This document shows positions 1 to 11,279 of a stretch of DNA of 64,000 nt, piece by piece. The position numbers and the translations under genes were made by a program. Source of the DNA: Chloroherpetonaceae bacterium (lineage in GTDB: Bacteria; Bacteroidota; Chlorobiia; Chlorobiales; Thermochlorobacteraceae). Position 1 is the first letter of the stretch; every line of letters starts with the position of its first letter. The notes beneath the pieces are model-generated. The model did not search any database. It saw nothing but the letters and a program-made list of their open reading frames with translations, and was not told the origin of the DNA. The DNA lies in assembly GCA_046719715.1 (NCBI GenBank), contig JBDNCJ010000006.1, forward strand, positions 8,492 through 72,491, read 5' to 3'.

Positions 1-20
1 TTGAAGACAAGAGTTAAGGG

Positions 21-1397
21 TTATCCGCCTGAAAATCCGCCGCTTCGCCCCCATGAGCCGGAACGGCTTGAACTTCGCGTGCCGAGCGAGCGCGAGCCTG
101 TGCGGCTGGTGTTGGTTGAAACGCGCCCGAACCCGCTTGGTTTGGTTTTGCCAACGCCGGCTAATCCGCCCGTTGTGCGCGAGGCAAAGGAGGTCGGACG
201 TCGGACGGGCTGGTAGGTCGGTCTTGAAATTCTCGATGGTACGCGGCTTCCATAGTAGCCGTAATTGAATGCCGGATAGAAAAACGGCGAGGGCATAAAC
301 ATCGGAAATGCCCAGAAAAACCAAGGAAAGAAAAATGGACTTCCACCGTAGTGATAGATGTTCGTTACTTGCCCGCTCGGTGTGGTTTCGGTGGTCGGCA
401 CTTTTTTGGCTTGTTCAATTTCTTCGGGCTTGGCGTCAGGCGTGACGGCGGCAGTAATCGGCACGGTCGGTTTGAAGTTTGTTGCCGCAAGCATCGTTAC
501 GGGCATGCCTTTTTCTTTGAAGGTTGCGAAGTCGTCATTCAAGTCGTCGAGTTCTGTCGATTGCGATTCAGACGGCGACAGATACATCACACTTTTAATG
601 CCAAGCGATTGCAACTTATCGGCGGTTGGAATTTTCGCCACGTAGCGATTATCAAATTCTCTCTCACTGTCTTGCGGCGCGGTCAGGCGTCGGTTGTCCA
701 AGAGCATCACGGTTGCGGCTTTATCGCTCCGCTTTTCTTTTTTGGATTCAACTTCGGCGGCGTAATAGACCAGCGCGCCTAAAACTTCGTGCGACTTCAC
801 CGTGCCTTTCGGGTGCGGATAGTTATCAAATCCAAGCACCACGTCCGCCACTTCACTCATTGCCGCCGCAAATGCGACCGACTCCTTGCCGTCTAAATCG
901 GCGATGAGCAAAATCGTTTCGGGGTTGTTGCTCCGCTTGATGAGTTCGCGCATGCCTAATCCGCGCGAATAGGCTTCTTTCATTTCAGGCGTGCAAATGG
1001 GCTTGATTTGCGATTTGAGCGACGGTTGAGAGAGCGATTGCACCAGCGTTGCTACAACGAATGGATTCCACTCGCTTCGCTTCGGCGCATATGCTTTGAG
1101 AAGTTCAGTTGAATCCAAATACGTCGACCACGACAGCGAGCCTTTGCTATCGAGCCCCGTTACATCGGGCAGTGAAATCGTATTAGATTCCGCGCCAACG
1201 CTCCACCCTTCCCTTTTTTGAAGTTCAAGCGCATCGTTTTCCTCTACGACGCCGTCATCATTGTCGCACCCTTGCATAATGCCTGACACGGAAAGCAAAG
1301 CGGCAAGCGTGCCGAGTTTCGCCAAGCGCAGATTGGCTTCGCGTCGCGTGATGGATTCTTCCCACCACGAAGATGGTTGCTTTGTGTTGTCGCTCAT
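21..1397 (-). CDS. hypothetical exported lipoprotein-like protein with aromatic/Pro-rich and Arg/Ser/Gly-rich C-terminal tail
   Basis: 458-aa ORF. The N-terminus RREANLRLAKLGTLAALLSVSGIMQGC looks like a Tat/lipoprotein signal with a lipobox Cys. No family recognised. It starts 13 nt downstream of the ATP-grasp ligase gene on the same strand. Confidence 0.55.
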   Translation of the reverse strand: MSDNTKQPSSWWEESITRREANLRLAKLGTLAALLSVSGIMQGCDNDDGVVEENDALELQKREGWSVGAESNTISLPDVTGLDSKGSLSWSTYLDSTELLKAYAPKRSEWNPFVVATLVQSLSQPSLKSQIKPICTPEMKEAYSRGLGMRELIKRSNNPETILLIADLDGKESVAFAAAMSEVADVVLGFDNYPHPKGTVKSHEVLGALVYYAAEVESKKEKRSDKAATVMLLDNRRLTAPQDSEREFDNRYVAKIPTADKLQSLGIKSVMYLSPSESQSTELDDLNDDFATFKEKGMPVTMLAATNFKPTVPITAAVTPDAKPEEIEQAKKVPTTETTPSGQVTNIYHYGGSPFFFPWFFWAFPMFMPSPFFYPAFNYGYYGSRVPSRISRPTYQPVRRPTSFASRTTGGLAGVGKTKPSGFGRVSTNTSRTGSRSLGTRSSSRSGSWGRSGGFSGG

Positions 1398-1410
1398 GGC
1401 TTTACTGAAA

Positions 1411-2655
1411 TTAGCGTTTCAAAAATGTTGCGGCGCATTGCGCGTTGTAATCGGTCGCTCGTTTGGCAACGCGCGTGAAAATTCCCGATGCGCGTCCTCC
1501 AACAAGATAAATCCCGAAGTTTGTATTTCTGTCGTCTTTAATCGCGTCGAAATAGCGTTGCACAATCCATCGGTTCGGATTTGCTTTTTGAAGCGAGGCG
1601 TTCCAGATGTCTTCCGAGACGAGATTTCCAATAATGACTTCATCGCCCTCGCACCCGTAATCGGATTTGAGCACCCAATCGTTTTTTTCGAGAGATGCCT
1701 TGTCTAACACATCGGAAATGCACAGGGTTTCGGGGATATACGCACGAATGGCATTTTGGTTTTCAGGGCTAAACTTCGCGAGATATTTCCACAAAAATGC
1801 CATTGAGAGCTTGTTTTGTGTAAGCACCGCACCCAGCGGATTGATGAGCGCGATTTGTTTGGATTGCTCGGCTTCAATGAGCCAGAAAAGTTCTGTTGCC
1901 AACGGCTCGCTGTCTTCAAACGCTTCGCCGTCGAGCCACGCGGATTCACGCTCGCCCCACCAATCGGTTTTGTAATGGCGATAGAGGATATCGATTTCAC
2001 TGCCGAAGAGCGTCAGTTTGCCTTGTGAGTTTTTTCCCAAATTTCTCGGTGAGCCTAAGACGACTTTCATGCCGCGCGATTCAAACCAGCGTCGATACAG
2101 TTCAATCATCGATAAATCTTCGGGCAAATCGGTTGGATAAACAATCCCGAGCGTCGGCGTTTGTTTGACTTCGCGAACCGTTTTTTGATAGTATTGCAAA
2201 ACGGCTTGGCAAAACGCCTTCTCAAACTGTTCGTTTGGATTCAGTAAGTTTTCTTGTTGGAGTTGTTGATTAAACAGGATTTGATTGAGCAGAACGGCTT
2301 CGGCTTCGCCGCTGGGCGTATCGCTATTCATTTCGCAGATTTGGATTCGCCCATCGTTGGTCAGGAACACATCGAGCCGAGCAATCGCGTGCCACGCGCC
2401 GCCAGAGGCAAGCCACATGAGTTTTTGAAACGGCGTGAGGTAAAAAAAATCGTCCAAGTAAGTCGGGTTATTCCAGACGATTTGGGCGAGTTCGTTGTAG
2501 GCATTTCCGATGGATTCAGCGGCTCGGCACATCGCGCTGTAAGTTTCTTGGGAGATGATGACGGGGTCGGTTTGGAATCGTTCTGCGCCGTTGAGCCATG
2601 CGTCGGAGATGATGCCGGTTTTGAGGAGCGCGTCAGCAAGTTCGCTGTAAGTCAT
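1411..2655 (-). CDS. glutathionylspermidine-synthetase-like ATP-grasp amidoligase (YgiC/YjfC family)
   Basis: 414-aa ORF alignable by eye to E. coli YgiC/YjfC blocks: ARLDVFLTNDGRIQICEMNSDTPSG, NPLGAVLTQNKLSMAFLW, WVLKSDYGCEGDEVIIG, WIVQRYF..GIYLVGGRASGIFTR. Its ATG overlaps the stop of the upstream kinase gene (ATGA at 2652-2655). Confidence 0.85.
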   Translation of the reverse strand: MTYSELADALLKTGIISDAWLNGAERFQTDPVIISQETYSAMCRAAESIGNAYNELAQIVWNNPTYLDDFFYLTPFQKLMWLASGGAWHAIARLDVFLTNDGRIQICEMNSDTPSGEAEAVLLNQILFNQQLQQENLLNPNEQFEKAFCQAVLQYYQKTVREVKQTPTLGIVYPTDLPEDLSMIELYRRWFESRGMKVVLGSPRNLGKNSQGKLTLFGSEIDILYRHYKTDWWGERESAWLDGEAFEDSEPLATELFWLIEAEQSKQIALINPLGAVLTQNKLSMAFLWKYLAKFSPENQNAIRAYIPETLCISDVLDKASLEKNDWVLKSDYGCEGDEVIIGNLVSEDIWNASLQKANPNRWIVQRYFDAIKDDRNTNFGIYLVGGRASGIFTRVAKRATDYNAQCAATFLKR

Positions 2656-4697
2656 GGCGCGTTTGCGTGAGTTCGAATTGGAAGTTCAACGCAGAATGTT
2701 GCGCCCTTTCCCTTGCCTTCGGATTCCGCCCAGACTGTTCCGCCGTGCAGGTCGACGATTTTCTTGACGATGAAAAGCCCCAAGCCTGTTGAAGTTTCTT
2801 CGTCCGTCGGTCTTGCCGAGAGGCGTTGAAAGCGTCCGAAGAGTTTCGTCATGTCCGTTTTAGACAGCCCTTGCCCTTCATCTTTGACCGTGATTCTGAC
2901 GACTTCCGAGACGTCTTCTACCAAATCCGTCGCTTGTCGATCATGGTTTGATTTTATCGGCAGTTTTTTCATGGATAATCGAATCGTTTTTTCTCGCGGG
3001 CTGTATTTGACGGCGTTGCTAATTAAGTTTTCAAACACTTCGCGAATTCGGCTCCCATCAAGCATGAGCTCGATTTCTTCGGTATGCTCAATCAGGAGCG
3101 TTTGCGATTTTTTCTTTGCAATGAATTGATTTTCATAAACGACGCTTTCTAAAATTTTATCAACGCGAGCCAATCTAAAATTGAGGGTTATTTCCCCAAT
3201 ATCGAACTCATTGCTTCTGAGCATTTCGTTAATGAGAGAGAGCATTCGATTTGCCGCGCTCTCGACGTGGGTGGCGTAGTCGTAGATGTTCAGAATGTCG
3301 GATTGAGGCGTTTCTTTAATGACGGCGGAAAAGCCGATGATGCTTTGAAGGGGGCTTTTAAGGTCGTGCGCGGCGATAGAAAGCAGTTGCGTTTTAATCT
3401 GATTGGCTTCGATGGCGAGTTTTCGTTGATTCTCGGCTTCCGACAAGGCTTTTTCAAGTTCAATACTGCGTTCCTTTTCTCGCTCGGCTTCTCGGCGCGC
3501 TTGTTCGGTTTCATACATCGCTTGCATTTCGCGAAGTTTTTTGGCTTGCACTTCGCTGAAACGCTCCCGCTCAACTTCTTGGTAACGCTCGTAGCAGTGG
3601 GTCGCTTTCTCGAAAAGTTTTCTCGACTTATACAGTTTCGCAAGCGCGATGAGTAAATCCGCCGTCTCCTGTGTCGCTTTTTGAGATTCCGCTAATTCAA
3701 GCCCTTTGAGAAGATGTGATTCGGCTTTTTCAGGCTCGCCTAAATCGTGGTAGCACAGCCCAATCACGTTGTGCGAGATTATGACACCTTGTATGTGGTT
3801 GATTTTCTCGCGCAGTTCCAAACATTCCAACTGCCTTTGGAGCGATTCTTCATGTCGCTCCAAGCCCGACAAAGCAGAGGCGATGTTTCCAAGAATTTGA
3901 GCACGCACTAACAAATCAGGCGAATCTTGCAAAGCATCTTTGGCATGTTCAAAACGGCGAAGCGCCTCGTCAAATTTTTTTTGCCGATAAAAGATATTTC
4001 CAATGTTCATCAAGGTGTGGGCGAGGCTTGCCAGGGGCGCACCGCTCTTTTGTTTTAAGGTCAGGCTTTGTTCGTAGTAGTCGCATGCTTTTTCCAAATC
4101 ATCGATGACGTAATAAACGTTTCCAATGTTCATGAGTGTCATGGCGATTTCATGTTCGTTGCCGAGTTTTTCTTTGAGGGAAAGGCTTTTTTGATAAACG
4201 TCGAGGGCTTTATCCAATTCGGAGAGTTTGAAATACGCATTGCCGATGTTGTGCAGCGACGTTGCGATTGCCATTGTGTTGTCAAGCGTTTCAGCAAGTT
4301 TAAGCCGCTCGTGATGAAGGCGGAGTGCGTCGGTGTAATTGCTGATGTTCCAATTCGCATTTCCAAGCGCGCCCAAAATTTTCAACAAGAGCGGCTTATC
4401 GCCGATTTCCGTTGCGAGTTCTTTTGCGTCGGTGAGGTATTGGATTGCTTTCGTCGAGTTGGAGACTTTCAGTTCTGCCATGCCGAGCATAGCAAGCGCA
4501 AACGCCGTTTGTCCTTTTTGAAATAATTTTAGTTCAGATTGAGCAAGCAGGTTCAAAGCGCGTTCGGCAAGCGTGCGTGTGCGCTCTGGCTCGCGCTCTA
4601 TCAAGGCTTCGGCAAGTTTGTTTAAGGCGGTAATTTGTTCGTCTCTTTCCTTTGCCGATTGCGCTTTTATCTCCAACTCGTCAATCGTCTCGGTCAT
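2652..4697 (-). CDS. cytoplasmic TPR-repeat sensor histidine kinase
   Basis: 681 aa. The N-terminal ~380 aa carry recurrent TPR-like units (..NIGNAYFKL.., ..NIGNVYYVI.., ..NIGNIFYRQ..), followed by a coiled-coil linker. H-box AAHDLKSPLQSI. ATPase boxes NLISNAVKYSP, DEGQGLS and GLGLFIVKKIVDLHGG. No TM segment seen. Confidence 0.9.
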   Translation of the reverse strand: MTETIDELEIKAQSAKERDEQITALNKLAEALIEREPERTRTLAERALNLLAQSELKLFQKGQTAFALAMLGMAELKVSNSTKAIQYLTDAKELATEIGDKPLLLKILGALGNANWNISNYTDALRLHHERLKLAETLDNTMAIATSLHNIGNAYFKLSELDKALDVYQKSLSLKEKLGNEHEIAMTLMNIGNVYYVIDDLEKACDYYEQSLTLKQKSGAPLASLAHTLMNIGNIFYRQKKFDEALRRFEHAKDALQDSPDLLVRAQILGNIASALSGLERHEESLQRQLECLELREKINHIQGVIISHNVIGLCYHDLGEPEKAESHLLKGLELAESQKATQETADLLIALAKLYKSRKLFEKATHCYERYQEVERERFSEVQAKKLREMQAMYETEQARREAEREKERSIELEKALSEAENQRKLAIEANQIKTQLLSIAAHDLKSPLQSIIGFSAVIKETPQSDILNIYDYATHVESAANRMLSLINEMLRSNEFDIGEITLNFRLARVDKILESVVYENQFIAKKKSQTLLIEHTEEIELMLDGSRIREVFENLISNAVKYSPREKTIRLSMKKLPIKSNHDRQATDLVEDVSEVVRITVKDEGQGLSKTDMTKLFGRFQRLSARPTDEETSTGLGLFIVKKIVDLHGGTVWAESEGKGKGATFCVELPIRTHANAP

Positions 4698-4704
4698 CTC
4701 TTGC

Positions 4705-5553
4705 TTAAGAAAGTTCCGTTACCAAAATCGCCGTCGCAATATACGCAGTTGCTTCAATGACGCTGACGCCGACGTTGCGGTCTTTGGAAACTTCCTCGTC
4801 CAATTTGCCGCCGTAGGGCGCAAAGCCGCCGCCGAGCAAAACGCCCTGCACCAAAAATTGCCGAATCGGATAAAACGACAGCACAACCAACAACGATTTT
4901 CCAAAACCGATGAAACTGGTTTGATAGTCAATGAAGTCGCCGCGCAAGCCGCTTCCGACGGCAATGCCGATACCCACCATCACGCCTGCGTAGCTAATCG
5001 CCGCCGCAATGTTGCCGCCGATGAACTCTTGCGTGTCGTTGTAGTTCGTCAGCATCCGATACAAGCGTGCAATCGCAATGAGCGCAAGTTGCCCGACCAA
5101 AAAGAAAACCACGCTGGTCAGCACTGTTCCGCCTTTGGCATCGCCTGAAATCGTGCCCGCAATCACAAGCCCTGTGGCGATGAATCGTCCCGCCGCAACA
5201 ATCCCCACCGCGACATTTCGTTTTTCAATTTCTTCGAGATAATCCACCGCATGAAAGAGTTTGAACCCGAAAAGCGAAATGAACGCGAGAAAGAGCACGC
5301 CGCCCGTGCCGTAGGCTAAGGCAATGAGTCCATCTTGCACCATGTCGCCGCTTCCTTCGCCGCGCATAATAGCCGTTGTAATCAGCACCACGCCGAAAAC
5401 GTATCCTGCAATCGCAACACCCAACGCAGGATTATCTGCTTTCAATAGCGCATCGCTTAAATGTGTCTTCATCAACAGTTGATTGACGAGACGCGCAAAG
5501 ACGACCATCAAAACCATAATGATGGCGACGAAGAGAATCGTTTGAATCGGCAT
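4705..5553 (-). CDS. polytopic membrane protein with four DUF350-like repeats (YjfL-like)
   Basis: 282 aa and very hydrophobic. It has four repeats of the DUF350-type signature: ADNPALGVAIAGY, KRNVAVGIVAAGR, GGNIAAAISYAG, KDRNVGVSVIEA. Confidence 0.7.
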   Translation of the reverse strand: MPIQTILFVAIIMVLMVVFARLVNQLLMKTHLSDALLKADNPALGVAIAGYVFGVVLITTAIMRGEGSGDMVQDGLIALAYGTGGVLFLAFISLFGFKLFHAVDYLEEIEKRNVAVGIVAAGRFIATGLVIAGTISGDAKGGTVLTSVVFFLVGQLALIAIARLYRMLTNYNDTQEFIGGNIAAAISYAGVMVGIGIAVGSGLRGDFIDYQTSFIGFGKSLLVVLSFYPIRQFLVQGVLLGGGFAPYGGKLDEEVSKDRNVGVSVIEATAYIATAILVTELS

Positions 5554-5570
5554 TACTTTGAGTTTGTGGT

Positions 5571-5997
5571 TTAGTTGTTTGACTTACTTTCAGTTTGCCC
5601 TTGCTCCAAAAGCCAAGCGGCGAATTTTTCAAAATCGCTTAGTCTTGTCTCTATGATTTTTCTGACGACTTTAAGATTGAGCGATGTATAATCATGGACG
5701 GCAATGTTTCTGAATCCAACCATTTTTTGCAGTTGCTCACCTAAATTTTTATCGAGAAGCCCCGCATTTATCAGCGTTTCAAATGCTTCTCGACTGGTCT
5801 GGGGAACACCCAATCGCTTGACTTTGATTAGATGATTTGCCGCGTCAATCGCCGCTTCCGATGCGCGTTGCAAATTCAAAATCACGGAATCTTGCTTTGT
5901 AAAATTCGTCTCGAACTCGCTTTCATAGCCCACATATTCCTCTCGCACTCTTGCGGCGCACCGTTCAATGACGTTCGCTTTTCCGACTAAAATTTCA

Positions 5998-6014
<17 letters not shown>
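5571..6014 (-). CDS. hepT: HepT-type HEPN (DUF86) toxin of a type VII MNT/HEPN module
   Basis: Canonical Rx4HxY motif FRNIAVHDY. The ORF-track start (6149) lies inside mntA. I place the start at the in-frame GTG at 6014 (VEKFIDEIL..), which gives a 17-nt overlap with the mntA stop. Confidence 0.8.
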
Positions 6015-8827
<2,813 letters not shown>

Positions 8828-9075
8828 TTGACTACGTTTTTCCTGCAAAAACTTCTGCAAATATCACGAAGTTTGAGCGAAGCCCGAGCACCTTTTTCCG
8901 ACATTCAAAACGTGCCGAAACAGCGCATCATCAAGCGCGCCACAGTCGCACAGTTTAGCGTCTTTGTTCCGACGCTTGCAGATTTCTTTTCCGTCAAGTT
9001 TTACGCTGGGGATTTCAACAAGTGTGCGGAAAAACGCACTGTTCGGCGTATCTTTGCACCGTCAAAATCATTCGA

Positions 9076-10170
9076 ATGCACAAGGCGCACTCCTTTCCAA
9101 CGACCGTTTTAACGACCGAAATCGCTACTGCACAATCCGAGCCGACCTATCCGAGCGTTGATGTAGTTATTCCTCATTTCAACGGAGCGGAAATTTTACT
9201 TGGCTGTCTTTCAACGCTCACACGAACGACCTATCCAAACTTCTCGATTACGATTGTCGACAACGGCTCAACCGACGAAAGCCTTACGCTTGCCAAAGCC
9301 CAATATCCAACGATTCAAGTGCTTCACACGGGAGCCAATTTAGGCTACGCAGGCGGATGCAACTTCGGCTTTGAGCGCACGACGGGCAAGTATGTCGTTT
9401 TCCTCAACAACGATACGGAGCAAGAACCGACTTGGCTTTCAGAACTTGTTTCAATCGCCGAACAAGACGAGCGCATCGCAAGCCTGCAACCGAAACTTCT
9501 TTCCATTCAAGCGCGCAATCGCGGCGAGCGAATCTTCGACTACGCAGGCGCGGCGGGCGGAATGATTGATAAACTCGGCTATCCTTATTGCTTAGGACGC
9601 ATTTTAGACCGATTGGAAATCGATTATGGACAATATGACATGTCTAAGCCGATTTTCTGGGTGTCGGGTGCGGCGATGTTTGCCCGACGCAGTGCGCTCG
9701 AAACGGTCGGCGTGTTTGACGAAGCGTTTTTCGCCCACATGGAAGAAATCGACCTTTGCTGGCGGCTCTGGAAGGCGGGGTTTTTGCTCTACTCGGCACC
9801 AAAATCCATCGTCTATCACTACGGCGGCGCGACGCTTTCGCAAACCAATCCACGAAAGGTCTATCTCAACCACCGAAATAATGTGATAATGCTAACAAAA
9901 AATGCCGACGCAATACGCTTATATTTGATTTTGCCTTTGCGTTTGGTGCTTGAACTTTTGTCGATGCTGTTTTACTTGAAATCCAAACGTCCTGAGGCAA
10001 GCCGAGCAGCCTTTGACGCGCTCGTTTGGAACGCCAGACATTTTTTTAATCATTTGAAAAAACGTCGCCATTCGGCGTGCCTTCGCAAAAGAAGCGACGC
10101 GGAAATTTTCAAGATATGCAACGCAGAAACCGCCGTTGTGCTTCAAGCCATTCTCGGCAAACGATATTGA
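9076..10170 (+). CDS. family 2 glycosyltransferase
   Basis: GT2 motifs VVIPHFNG, IVDNGSTDES, NLGYAGGCN and FLNNDTE. The likely start is ATG 9076; the ORF-track start at 9022 is a non-ATG codon upstream. Confidence 0.85.
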   Translation: MHKAHSFPTTVLTTEIATAQSEPTYPSVDVVIPHFNGAEILLGCLSTLTRTTYPNFSITIVDNGSTDESLTLAKAQYPTIQVLHTGANLGYAGGCNFGFERTTGKYVVFLNNDTEQEPTWLSELVSIAEQDERIASLQPKLLSIQARNRGERIFDYAGAAGGMIDKLGYPYCLGRILDRLEIDYGQYDMSKPIFWVSGAAMFARRSALETVGVFDEAFFAHMEEIDLCWRLWKAGFLLYSAPKSIVYHYGGATLSQTNPRKVYLNHRNNVIMLTKNADAIRLYLILPLRLVLELLSMLFYLKSKRPEASRAAFDALVWNARHFFNHLKKRRHSACLRKRSDAEIFKICNAETAVVLQAILGKRY

Positions 10171-10188
10171 AACCAACGATTCTGACCT

Positions 10189-11271
10189 ATGAAGAACGCG
10201 ATTAAATACATTTTTTCCATTGCGCTTGCGGGCTTGTTTTTTTGGCTTGCCTTCAAAGATTTCACGCGCGAAGACTTTGAAAAATTGGGCGAAGTTTTCT
10301 CGCGAATTGATTATCGGCTCGTTTCGGTCGCATTTCTTTCTCTGACGCTCAGTCATGTGCTTCGGGCTTGGCGGTGGGGCGTGCTCCTATCGACGGTCAA
10401 AGAAAAAATGAGTTTGAAACATCTCTTCAACGCGACCATGATTGGCTACGCGGTGAATTTGGCTTTGCCGCGCGTCGGCGAAATCACCAAAGCCGTCAAT
10501 TTGGCGCAACAAGAAAACATTGACGGCAAAAAAGTGCTGGCGTCGGTCGTCATTGAGCGGATTTTGGATACCTTAATGTTTGCCTTACTTCTCGCGCTTT
10601 CAGTTTTTATCTTCCGCCGAAAAATCAACGAAGCCTTCGGCGAGGTGCATTTGGGCGGTTTGCACTTGTCGTTTGAATTGGCATCATATTTGATTTTACT
10701 TGTCTCGGTGATGGTTTTAATTTTTTTTGCGGTTATGTCGCTTTATCCGTCTCAAATTGCGGCGCGATTCAAGTTACTCTTTCACCGTCTTTCGCCGAAG
10801 TGGTCGGTGCGGCTGTCCAACGCGCTCGAGTCGTTTATTGAGGGCACGGCGGCATTGAAAAATCGGGCGAAATATGCCGAAATTGTCATTTCCTCAATCG
10901 TCATTTGGGGGTGCTATTTGCTTGCGGGCTTAATGCCGATGTATGCGATTGACTGGTCTACGACGAACATGTTCGGCTGGGCGGAAGGCTTGACGACGAT
11001 GAGCATTTCAGCCTTCGGTTCGCTCATCACGCCCGCTGGCGCCGGCACTTATCAATATGCTTGCTCTAAAACGCTTGAAAAAATTTTTGATTTTAGTCTG
11101 ATTGTCGCGTCCAGCTACGCGCTTCTGACTTTTGCCATCAATAATTTGACCTCGTTTATTCTCGGACTATTCAGCTTCCTTTGGCAACGAAAAGACAAAC
11201 TCGTGGAACTTGCCGACGCCAAGGCTTCGGACGATAAAACACCGGCAACGACGAACATCAACCTTATCTGA
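10189..11271 (+). CDS. flippase-like / lysylphosphatidylglycerol-synthase-TM-region family membrane protein (UPF0104)
   Basis: 360-aa polytopic membrane protein with the family-typical LRAWRWGVLL motif. It lies immediately downstream of a GT2 gene, a common pairing. Confidence 0.65.
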   Translation: MKNAIKYIFSIALAGLFFWLAFKDFTREDFEKLGEVFSRIDYRLVSVAFLSLTLSHVLRAWRWGVLLSTVKEKMSLKHLFNATMIGYAVNLALPRVGEITKAVNLAQQENIDGKKVLASVVIERILDTLMFALLLALSVFIFRRKINEAFGEVHLGGLHLSFELASYLILLVSVMVLIFFAVMSLYPSQIAARFKLLFHRLSPKWSVRLSNALESFIEGTAALKNRAKYAEIVISSIVIWGCYLLAGLMPMYAIDWSTTNMFGWAEGLTTMSISAFGSLITPAGAGTYQYACSKTLEKIFDFSLIVASSYALLTFAINNLTSFILGLFSFLWQRKDKLVELADAKASDDKTPATTNINLI

Positions 11272-11279
11272 AACAATCA

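Noticed and set aside
1-216. 71-aa plus-strand ORF at the left edge and other small ORFs overlapping 21-1397
   Set aside because: They lie antisense to or within the 458-aa ORF, have a Pro/Arg-rich shadow composition, and are truncated by the window edge.
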